A DNA stretch of 64,000 bases from Somniosus microcephalus (taxonomy: Eukaryota), in assembly GCA_052327205.1 (NCBI GenBank), contig JBMRGM010000037.1, positions 55,490,001-55,554,000 on the forward strand, given 5' to 3'. Shown piece after piece: positions 40,201-52,200 of this stretch. The number at the start of each line of letters is the position of its first letter. The stretch's first letter is position 1. Made by a program: the position numbers and the translations under genes. The notes beneath the pieces are model-generated. The model was not told the origin of the DNA, did no database searches, and saw only the letters and a list, made by a program, of their open reading frames with translations.

Positions 40201-43200
40201 AGTACAGCACCTCCGACAGTGCAGCGCTCCCTCAGTACTGCCCCCGACAGTGCAGCACTCCCTCAGTACTGCCCCTCCGACAGTGCAGCACTCCCTCAGT
40301 ACAGCACCTCCGACAGTGCTGCACTCCCTCAGTACTGCCCCTCTGACAGTAATATGTTTTGCGTTGTTTTATGCCCTCCTCCTGTAAAATACAACTTGTT
40401 CTTGCAGATGAAGATGACGAATGCCCGAATTCCTACCGAGCGAGGCATATCTGCTCCAAGAACTCGAGCAAGGCTTGTAGCAGTGACGAGGACTGCTCAT
40501 CATGGATGCAGTGCTGCGATGTCGGCTGTGGGAAGCGATGTGTCTACTCCTCCTCGTACAGTAAGGACGACACCAAAACTCTCAGCTCGCAGCATTGCGA
40601 CACCCCAACGGTAGACAGCAGCAGGAACCCGCTGGACAGGCTCTGCCTGACAGGACTAGGCTCAAATCTGTGGGACCCTGTGTCTGATAGGCCCAGGACA
40701 CAGGCTCCAAGCCCCTGTGTCTGATAGGTCCAGGCTCCAGGTCTCTGTGTCTGATAGGCCCAGGCCCCAGTCCCTTGTGTCTCATAGGCCCAGGCTCCAT
40801 GTTCCTGTGTCTGATAGGACCAGGACACAGGCTCCAGGCTTCTGTGTCTGATAGGCCCAGGCTCCAGGCTTCTGTGTCTGATAGGCCCATGCTCCAGGCT
40901 CCTGTGTCTGATAGGCCCCGGCTACAAGCCCCTGTGTCTGATAGGCCCAGGCCCGAGGCTCCTGTGTCTGATAGGCCCAGGCCCGAGGCTCCTGTGTCTG
41001 ATAGGCCCAGGCTCCAGGCTTCTGTGTCTGATAGGCCCATGCTCCAGGCTCCTGTGTCTGATAGGCCCCGGCTACAAGCCCCTGTGTCTGATAGGCCCAG
41101 GCCCGAGGCTCCTGTGTCTGATAGGCCCAGGCTCCAGGCTTCTGTGTCTGATAGGCCCATGCTCCAGGCTCCTGTGTCTGATAGGCCCCGGCTACAAGCC
41201 CCTGTGTCTGATAGGCCCAGGCCCGAAGCTCCTGTGTCTGATAGGCCCAGGCTCCAGGCCCCTGTGTCTGATAGGCCCACACTCCAAGCTCCTGTGCTCG
41301 ATAGGTCCAGGCTCCTGTGTCTGATAGGCCCATGCTCCAGGCTCCTGTGCTCGATAGGCCCAGGCTCCAGGCTCCTGTGTCTGATAGGCCCAGGCTCCAG
41401 GCTCCTGTGTCTGATAGGCCCAGGCTCCTGTGTCTGATAGGCCCAGGCTCCTGTGTCTGATAGGCCCAGGTTCCAGGCTCCTGTGTCTGATAGGCCCAGG
41501 CTCCAGGCTCCTGTGTCTGATAGGCCCAGGCCCCAGGATCCTGTCTCTGATAGGCCCAGGCTGCTGTGTCTGATAGGCCCAAAGCTGTGCAACCCTGTGT
41601 CTGATAGGCCCAGGACACAGGCTCCTGTGTCTGATAGGTCCAGGCTCCAGGCTCCTGTGTCTGATAGGCCCAGGACACAGGCTCCTGTGTCTGATAGACC
41701 CAGGCTCCAGGCTCCTGTGTCTGATAGGCCCAAAGCTGTGGGACCCTGTGTCTGATAGGCCCAAGCTCCAGGCCCCTTTTTCCGATAGGCCCAGGCCCCT
41801 GTGTCTGATAGGCCCAGGCTCCAGTCCTCTGTGTCTGATAGGCCCAGGCCCCAGTCCCTTCTGTCTCATAGGCCTAGGCTCCAGGAGCCTCTGTGAGAAA
41901 AGGCCCCAGCTCCTCCGGCAGCTCTCTTTGTATTAACACTGCCCGGTGTGGTACTGAGCTCCATTGGCCAAGAGAGACTGCGCCCCCCCCACCCCCAATC
42001 CCCGCCCAGGTCTCAATCCATCCCCACCTTCTAACCATTCCCTCGGCCCTTTGTCCCAGGCCCTGAATTTGACACTTCCCGGACCTCCCTCCCTCTGATG
42101 GGGTCGGGAATCGGCTGAGGTGCTGCCTCCACAGTCAAACAACAGAGGCCACACTCGCCGTCAGGAGGGGACACAGAGGCAGTGGGTGATGTACTGATAG
42201 CCCCTTCAGGGGCAAGAGTGGGTACTAAGTCCCGTTCACCCATCACCCACCCTGTGCTCACTAACCTACATTGTCTCCCGGTCCAGCAACACCTCCATTT
42301 TAACATGCTCCATCCCTGTGTTCAAATCCCTCTACGCCCACCATCCAGACCCCTCAATATATTGATCCTAATCATACTGCACAGAAGGAGGCCATTTGGC
42401 CCATCGTGCCGGTGCCAGCTCTTGGAAGGAGCTATCCAATTAGTCCCACTCCTCCCTGCTCTTTCCCCATTGCCCCACCAATGCTTTGCCTTCCAGTATT
42501 TATCCCATTCCCTTTTGATTGTTACTGTTGAATCTGCTTCCACCACACGTTCAGGCAGTGCATTGCAGATCACCACTCGCTGCACAAAAAGCATTCTTCT
42601 CATCTCCCCCCTGGTTCTATGATAACTGAAGTCCCTCATCCCTGGTCCCAATCTGGTAAATCTCCCCCTTAATCTTCTCTGCTCTGAGGAGAACAATCCA
42701 GCTTCTCCAGTCTCTCCATGTAACTGAAGTCCCTCATCCCTGGTCCCAATCTGGTAAATCTCCCCCTTAACCTTCTCTGCTCTAAGGAGAACAATCCCAG
42801 CTTCTCCAGTCTCTCCATGTAACTGAAGTCCCTCATCCCTGGTACCATTCTAGTAAATCTCCCCCTTAACCTTCTCTGCTCTAAGGAGAACAATCCAGCT
42901 TCTCCAGTCCCTCCATGTAACTGAAGTCCCTCATCCCTGGTACCATTCTAGTAAATCTCCCCTTAACCTTCTCTGCTCTAAGGAGAACAACCCCAGCTTC
43001 TCCAGTCTCTCCACATAACTGAAGTCCCTCATCCCTGGTACCACTCTGGTCAATCTCCCCCTTAACCTTCTCTGCTGTAAGGAGAACAACCCCAGCTTCT
43101 CCAGTCTCTCCATGTAACTGAAGTCCCTCATCCCTGGTACCCATTCTAGTAAATCTCCCCTTAACCTTCTCTGCTCTAAGGAGAACAATCCCAGCTTCTC

Positions 43201-46200
43201 CAGTCTCTCCATGTAACTGAAGTCCCTCATCCCTGGTACCATTCTGTTAAATCTCCCCCTTAACCTTCTCTGCTCTAAGGAGAACAATCCCAGCTTCTCC
43301 AGTCCCTCCATGTAACTGAAGTCCCTCATCCCTGATCCCATTCTGGTAAATATCCCCCTTAACCTTCTCTGCTCTAAGGAGAACCACCCCAGCTTCTCCA
43401 GTCACTCCATGTAACTGAAGTCCCTCATCCCTGGTACAATTCTAGTAAATCTCCCCTTAAGCTTCTCTGCTCTAAGGAGAACCACCCCAGCTTCTCCAGT
43501 CTCTCCACAGAACTGAAGTCCCTCATCCCTGATCCCACTCTGGTAAATCTCCTCTGCACCCTCTCCAAGGCCTTGACATCCTTCCTAAAGTGTGGTGCCC
43601 AGAATTAGACACAATACTCCAGCTGGGGCCTAACCAGTGGATTGATGAAAAGGTTGACCAATAACTCCCTTACTTTTGTACTCTATGCCTCTGTTTCGAA
43701 AGCCCAGGATCCCGTGTGCTTTAACAGTCTCTTGGTGTCTTCCTTTACAAGAAAAAAGCCAACAGTGTCCGACCACCAGCACACTGAGCAAGGTTTGCAC
43801 CATGAAGCTGGGAGACGAGTGTGAGGGAGACGGCGACTGCGACAGTTGGCAGATGTGCTGTGACGCGGGATGTGGCAAACGCTGTGTCTTCAAATCCTTC
43901 AAAGGAGGTGAGGAGTCCCACAGTTTGGGTGGTGAGCAGTCCCCGCAGTTTGTGGGGTGAGCAGTCCCTGCAGTTTGTGGGGTGAGGAGTCCCCGCAGTT
44001 TGTGGGGTGAGGAGTCCCCGCAGTTTGTGGGGTGAGGAGTCCCCGCAGTTTGTGGGGTGAGCAGTCCCCGTAGTTTGTGGGGTGAGGAGTCGCCACAGTT
44101 TGTGGGGTGAGGAGTCCCCACAGTTTGTGGGGTGAGGAGTCCCCGCAGTTTGTGGGGTGAGGAGTCGCCGCAGTTTGTGGGGTGAGGAGTCCCCACAGTT
44201 TGTGGGGGTGAGGAGTCCCTGCAGTTTGTGGGGTGAGGAGTCCCCACAGTTTGTGGGGGTGAGGAGTCCCCGCAGTTTGTGGGGTGAGGAGTCGCCGCAG
44301 TTTGGGGGGGTGAGGAGTCCCACAGTTTGGGAGGTGAGGAATCCCACAGTTTGGGGGGGTGAGGAGTCCCACAGTTTGGGAGGTGAGGAATCCCACAGTT
44401 TGGGGGGTGAGGAGTCCCACAGTTTGGGGGGTGAGGAGTCCCCACAGTTTGGGGGGGTGAGGAGTCCCACAGATTGGGGGGTGAGGAGTCCCCACAGTTT
44501 GGGGGGGTGAGGCGTCCCACAGTTTGGGGATGAGGAGTCATAGAGTTATACAGCACGGATAGAGGCCCTTCAGCCCATCGTGTCCGCGCCGGCCATCAAG
44601 CCCTGTCTAATCTAATCCCATATTCCAGCATTTGGTCCGTAGCCTTGTATGCTATGGCATTTCAAGTGCTCATCCAAATGCTTCTTAAATGTTGAGTGTT
44701 CCTGCCTCCACAACCCTTTCAGGCAGTGAGTTCCAGACTCCAACCACCCTCTGGGTGAAAAAGTTCTTTCTCAAATCCCCTCTAAACCTCCCGCCCTTTA
44801 CCTTGAATCTATGCCCCCTAGTTTTTGACCCTTCTACTAAGGGAAAAAGCTCCTCAGCATCCATCCTATCTATGCCCCTCATAATTTTGTACACCTCAAT
44901 CATGTCCCCCCTCAGCCTCCTCTGCTCCAAGGAAAACAAACCCAATCTGCCCAGTCTCTCTTCATAGCTGAAGTGCTCCAGCCCTGGTAACATCCTGGTG
45001 AACCTCCTCTGCACCCTCTCTAACGCGTTCACATCCTTCCTGTAGTGTGGCGACCAGAACGGCACACAGTATTCCAGCTGTGGCCTAACCAGTGTTTTAT
45101 ACAGCTCCATCATAACCTCCTTGCTCTTATATTCAATGCCTCGACTAATGAAGGCAAGTATCCCATATGCCTTTTTTACCACCTTATCCACCTGTTCCGC
45201 CGCCTTCAGGGATCTGTGTACTTGCACACCCAGATCCCTCTGACCCTCCGTCTTGCCTAGGGTCTTACCATTCATTGTGTATTCCCTTGCCTTGTTTGTC
45301 CCCCCAAAGTGCATCACCTCGCACTTTTCCGGGTTAAATTCCATTTGCCACTGTTCCGCCCATCTGACCAACCCATCTATATCGTCCTGCAGACTGAGGC
45401 TACCCTCCTCGCTATTTACCACCCTACCAATTTTTGTATCATCCACGAACTTACTGATCATACCTTTTACATTCATATCCAAGTCATTAATGTAGACCAC
45501 AAACAGCAAGGGACCCAGCACCGATCCCTGTGGTACCCCACTGGCCACAGGCTTCCAGTCACAAAAACAACCTTCGACCATCACCCTCTGCCTTCTGCCA
45601 CTAAGCCAGTTTTGTATCCAATGTGCCAAGGCACCCTGGATTCCATGGGCTCTTACCTTCTTGACCAGTCTCCTGTGCGGGACTTTATCGAAGGCCTTAC
45701 TGAAATCCATGTATACCACATCCACTGTGTTACCCTCATCCACACACCTAGTCACCCCCTCAAAAAATTCAATCAAATTAGTCAGACATGATCTTCCCTT
45801 GACAAAGCCATGTTGACTATCCCTGATTAATCCTTGCCTCTCCAAGTGGAGACAAATTTTGTCCCTCAGAATTTTTTCCAATAATTTTCCTACCACTGAT
45901 GTTAGGCTCACTGGCCTGTAGTTCCCCGGTTTTTCCCTACTTCCCTTCTTGAATAATGGTACTACATTAGCGGTTCTCCAGTCCTCTGGCACATCCCCTG
46001 TGGCCAGAGAGGTCCTGAATATATGTGTTAGAGCCCCCGCAATCTCTTCCTTTGCCTCACACAGCAGCCTGGGATACATTTCATCCGGGCTTGGGGATTT
46101 ATCCATTTTTAGGCCAGCTAAAACCGCCAATACCTCCTCCCTCTCGATGTTAATATGTTCGAGCATATCACAGTCCCCCCGCCCTATTTCTATGTCTACA

Positions 46201-49200
46201 TCATCCTTCTCCATAGTGAAAAAAGATGGAAAAAATTCATTTAGAGCCCCTCCTACATCTTCCGGCTCCACACGCAGATTGCCACTTTTGTCCCTAATGG
46301 GCCCTATTTTTTCCCTAGTTATCCTCTTACCCTTAATATACTTATAAAACATCTTAGGATTTTCCTTTATTTTGCTCGCCAGTGTTATTTCATGGCCCCT
46401 CCTTGATCTCCTAATTTCTTTTTTAAGTATCCCCCTGCACTTTTTGTACTCCTCTAGGGCTTCCTCCGTCTTTAGCCTTTTGTATCTGCCAAAAGCCCTC
46501 CTTTTTTTCCTAATCCATTCTCGTATATCCCCTGACATCCAAGGTTCCCTGTGGTTTTTGGAACCACCCTTGACCTTTACAGGAACATGTTGCCATTGTA
46601 TGATCTCAATCTCCCTTCTGAAAGCCTCCCATTGCTCCGATGCGGATTTTCCTACAAGTAGCTGATCCCAGTCCATTTTGGCCAGATCCTGCCTTATCCT
46701 ATTAAAATCGGCCTTCCCCCAATTTAGAACCTTTATTTCCGGCCCATCCCTGTCCTTTTCCATGACCACCTTAAATCTCACCATATTATGGTCACTGTCA
46801 CCAAAGTGCTCACCTACTAGCACTTTTTCCACTTGGCCGGCCACATTCCCTAGAATTAGGTCCAGTACCGCCCCCTGTCTTGTAGGACTTTCTACATGCT
46901 GGCTCAAAAAGCTCTCCTGGATGCACTTTAAGAATTCTACACCCTCTGAGCCTTTCACACTCTGACTATCCCAGTTAATATTGGGGAAGTTGAAATCCCC
47001 CATTATTATTACCCTATTATTTGCACATTTCTCTGAGATTTGCCTACATATCTGTTCCTCTATCTCCCCCTGACTGTTTGGAGGCCTATAGTGCACTCCC
47101 AGCAAAGTGCTTGCACCCTTTTTGTTTTTAAGCTCCACCCATATGGCCTCATTAGAGGAACCTGCTCATATATCATTCCTCCTTACTGCAGTAATTGACT
47201 CCTTAATTAATATTGCGACACCCCCTCCTCTTATACCTCCCCCTCTGTCTCGCCTGAAGATTCTGTACCCCGGAATATTGAGCTGCCAGTCTTGCCCCTC
47301 CCTCAACCATGTCTCCGTGATAGCAACAATATCATACTCCCATGTGTTTATCAACACCTTCAGTTCATCCACCTTATTTGCAAGACTCCTTGCATTAAAA
47401 TAGATGCCATCCAGCCTTGTCCTTATATGTTTGCCCTGTCTACCAAGCTGACTTGTTTTTTTCTCTATAATTGGCAGCACATCACCCCCTATTTCAGCTC
47501 CCCTCTGTATCCCATCCCCCTGCCAAGTTAGTTTAAACCCCCCCCAACCGTGCTAGCAAACCTCCCCGCAAGGATATTTGTCCCGCTCTGGTTCAGGTGC
47601 AACCCGTCCGACTTGTACAAGTCCCACCTTTCCCAGAAGCAGGCCCAGTGATCCAGGAAAGTAAAACCCTCCCCCCTACACCAACTCTTTAGCCACGCAT
47701 TCATCTGCTCTATCCTCCCATTCCTATACTCACTAGCACGTGGCACTGGGAGTATGGGGGCTGAGGAGTGTAGAGGGAGCTTTACTCTGTATCTAACCCG
47801 TGCTGTACCTGCCCTGGGAGTGTTTGATGGGACAGTGTAGAGGGAGCTTTACTCTGTATCTCACCTGTGCTGTACCTGCCCTGGGAGTGTTTGATGGGAC
47901 AGTGTAGAGGGAGCTTTACTCTGCATCTAACCCGTGCTGTACCTGCCCTGGGAGTGTTTGATGGGACAGTGTAGAGGGAGCTTTACTCTGTATCTAACCT
48001 GTGCTGTACCTGCCCTGGGAGTGTTTGATGGGACAGTGCAGAGGGAGCTTTACTCTGTATCTAACCTGTGCTGTACCTGCCCTGGGAGTGTTTGATTGGA
48101 CAGTGTAGAGGGAGCTTTACACTGTATCTATCCCGTGCTGTACCTGCCCTGGGAGTGTTTGATGGGACAATGTAGAGGGAGCTTTACTCTGTATCTAACC
48201 CGTGATGTACCTGCCCTGGGAGTGTTTGCTGGGACAGTGTAGAGGGAGCTTTACTCTGTATCTAACCCGTGCTGTACCTGCCCTGGGAGTGTTTGATGGG
48301 ACAGTGTAGAGGGAGCTTTACTCTGTATCTCACCTGTGCTGTACCTGCCCTGGGAGTGTTTGATGGGACAGTGTAGAGGGAGCTTTACTCTGCATCTAAC
48401 CCGTGCTGTACCTGCCCTGGGAGTGTTTGATGGGACAGTGTAGAGGGAGCTTTACTCTGTATCTAACCTGTGCTGTACCTGCCCTGGGAGTGTTTGATGG
48501 GACAGTGCAGAGGGAGCTTTACTCTGTATCTAACCTGTGCTGTACCTGCCCTGGGAGTGTTTGATTGGACAGTGTAGAGGGAGCTTTACACTGTATCTAT
48601 CCCGTGCTGTACCTGCCCTGGGAGTGTTTGATGGGACAATGTAGAGGGAGCTTTACTCTGTATCTAACCCGTGATGTACCTGCCCTGGGAGTGTTTGCTG
48701 GGACAGTGTAGAGGGAGCTTTACTCTGTATCTAACCCGTGCTGTACCTGCCCTGGGAGTGTTTGATGGGACAATGTAGAGGGAGCTTTACTGTTTATCTA
48801 ACCCGTGCTGTATCTGCCCTGAGAGTGTTTGCTGGGACAGTGTAGAGGGAGCTTTACTCTGTATCTAACCTGTGCTGTACCTGCCCTGGGAGTGTTTGAT
48901 GGGACAGTGTAGAGGGAGCTTTACTCTGTATCTAACCCGTGCTGTACCTGCCCTGGGAGTGTTTGATGGGACAGTGTAGAGGGAGCTTTACTCTGTATCT
49001 AACCTGTGCTGTACCTGCCCTGGGAGTGTTTGCTGGGACAGTGTAGAGGGAGCTTTACTCTGTATCTAACCCGAGCTGTATCTGCCCTGGGAGTGTTTGA
49101 TGGGACAGTGTAGAGGGAGCTTTACTCTGTATCTAACCCATGCTGTATCTGCCCTGGGAGTGTTTGATGGGACAGTGTAAAAGGAGATTTACTCTGTATC

Positions 49201-52200
49201 TAACCCGAGCTGTACCTGCCCTGGGAGTGTTTGCTGGGACAGTGTAGAGTGAGCTTTACTCTGTATCTAACCTGTGCTGTACCTGCCCTGGGAGTGTTTG
49301 ATGGGACAGTGTAGAGGGAGCTTTACTCTGTATCTAACCCGTGCTGTACCTGCCCTGGGAGTGTTTGATGGGACAGTGTAGAGGGAGCTTTACTCTGTAT
49401 CTAACCTGTGCTGTACCTGCCCTGGGAGTGTTTGCTGGGACAGTGTAGAGGGAGCTTTACTCTGTATCTAACCCGAGCTGTATCTGCCCTGGGAGTGTTT
49501 GATGGGACAGTGTAGAGGGAGCTTTACTCTGTATCTAACCCATGCTGTATCTGCCCTGGGAGTGTTTGATGGGACAGTGTAAAAGGAGATTTACTCTGTA
49601 TCTAACCCGAGCTGTACCTGCCCTGGGAGTGTTTGCTGGGACAGTGTAGAGGGAGCTTTACTCTGTATCTAACCCGTGCTGTACCTGCCCTGGGAGTGTT
49701 TGATGGGACAGTGTAGAGGGAGCTTTACTCTGTATCTAACCCGTGCTGTACCTGCCCTGGGAGTGTTTGATGGGACAGTGTAGAAGGAGCTTTACTCTGT
49801 ATTTAACCCGTGCTGTACCTGCCCTGGGAGTGTTTGATGGAACAGTGTAGAGGGAGCTTTACTCTGTATCTAACCCCGTGCTGTAGCTGCCCTGGGAGTG
49901 TTTGCTGGGACAGTGTAGAAGGAGCTTTACTCTGTATCTAACCCCGTGCTGTACCTGCCCTGGGAGTGTTTGATGGGACAGTGTAGAAGGAGCTTTACTC
50001 TGTATCTAACCCATGCTGTACCTGCCCTGGGAGTGTTTGCTGGGACAGTGTGGAGGGAGCTTTACTCTGTATCTAACCCATGCTGTATCTGCCCTGGGAG
50101 TGTTTGATGGGACAGTGTAGAAGGAGCTTTACTCTGTATCTAACCAGTGCTGTACCTGCCCTGGGAGTGTTTGATGGGACAGTGTAGAGGGAGCTTTACT
50201 CTGTATCTTACCCATGCTGTATCTGCCCTGGGAGTGTTTGCTGGGACAGTGTAGAGGGAGCTTTACTCTGTATCTAACCCGTGCTGTACCTGCCCTGGGA
50301 GTGTTTGATGGGACAGTGTAGAAGGAGCTTTACTCTGTATCTAACCCCGTGCTGTATCTGCCCTGGGAGTGTTTGCTGGGACAGTGTAGAGGGAGCTTCA
50401 CTCTGTGTCTAACCCATGCTGTACCTGCCCTGGGAGTGTTTGCTGGGACAGTGTAGAGGGAGCTTTACTCTGTATCTAACCCGTGCTGTACCTGCCCTGG
50501 GAGTGTTTGATGGGACAGTGTAGAGGGAGCTTTACTCTGTATCTAACCCGTGCTGTATCTGCCCTGGGAGTGTTTGCTGCGACAGTGTAGGGGGAGCTTT
50601 ACTCTGTATCTAACCCGAGCTGTATCTGCCCTGGGAGTGTTTGATGGGACAGTGTAGAAGGAGCTTTACTCTGTATCTAACCCGAGCTGTGTCTGCCCTG
50701 GGAGTGTTTGCTGGGACAGTGTAGAGGGAGCTTCACTCTGTGTCTAACCCATGCTGTACCTGCCCTGGGAGTGTTTGCTGGGACAGTGTAGAGGGAGCTT
50801 TACTCTGTATCTAACCCGAGCTGTATCTGCCCGGGGAGTGTTTGCTGGGACAGTGTAGAGGGAGCTTCACTCTGTGTCTAACCCATGCTGTACCTGCCCT
50901 GGGAGTGTTTGATGGGACAGTGTAGAGGGAGCTTTACTCTGTGTCTAACCTGTGCTGTATCTGCCCTGGGAGTGTTTGCTGGGACAGTGTAGAGGGAGCT
51001 TCACTCTGTGTCTAACCCGTGCTGTATCTGCCCTGGGAGTGTTTGCTGGGACAGTGTAGAGGGAGCTTTACTCTGTATCTAACCCGTGCTGTACCTGCCC
51101 TGGGAGTGTTTGCTGGGACAGTGTAGAAGGAGCTTTACTCTGTATCTAACCCGTGCTGTACCTGCCCTGGGAGTGTTTGATGGGACAGTGTAGAGGGAGC
51201 TTTACTCTGTATCTAACCCGTGCTGTACCTGCCCTGGGAGTGTTTGCTGGGACAGTGTAGAAGGAGCTTTACTCTGTATCTAACCCGTGCTGTACCTGCC
51301 CTGGGAGTGTTTGCTGGGACAGTGTAGAAGGAGCTTTACTCTGTATCTAACCCGTGCTGTACCTGCCCTGGGAGTGTTTGATGGGACAGTGTAGAAGCAG
51401 CTTTACTCTGTGTCTAACCCGTGCTGTATCTGCCCTGGGAGTGTTTGCTGTGACAGTGTAGAGGGAGCTTCACTCTGTGTCTAACCCACCCACCCCGCAG
51501 ACGTTGAATGGACCTTAAAACGAATCTGGTTCTGGTTGCCTTACAGAGAACAGCAGTTGCCCGGCTCCCAGTCGCCTTGGTCCCATGTGTGATGTAAACT
51601 ATGGAAAGGAGTGCGAGGATAATGACGATTGCGATCTTTGGTTGACGTGCTGTGATGCTGGCTGTGGGAAAAGATGTGTCCATCGAGCTTCCAGGCACAG
51701 TAAGAAGGACTGTCTTTCCTGGGAATCAGCAAGAGCCTCTGGGGGAGTTACTGTGTTCAGTTCTGGGTACTGAACCTCAGGAAGGATATTTTATCCTTGG
51801 AATGGGAGCAGCACAGATTCACCAGAATGATACCCGGGGTGTGCTAATAGGGCTAAACGTGGAGACTCCACCATTGATGGCCATGCCTTCCGGTGTCTAG
51901 GGCCCTAAGCTCTGGAAATCCCTCCATGTTCAGCTGCATTCGCAGCTCCTCAGATAATGAAGCAGTCCATGCCCGCATGCAGCAAGACCTGGATGATATT
52001 CAGGCTTGGGCGGATAAGTGGCAAGTTACATTCGCCAACACAAGTGCCAGAGATAAGAACATAAGAACATAAGAAATAGGAGCAGGAGAAGGCCAATCGG
52101 CCCCTCGAGCCTGCTCCGCCATTCAATAAGATCATGGCTGATCTGATCCTAACCGCCAATCCACCATCACTGAACCATCTCCTGAATCTAACAGAATTAG

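Noticed and set aside
35536-40614. Very long ORFs (up to 1054 aa) on both strands resembling mucin or keratin-associated proteins
   Set aside because: They are the by-product of a 33-bp (multiple of 3) SINE-derived satellite that is open in several frames on both strands, with frame-shifting indels and no splice signals.
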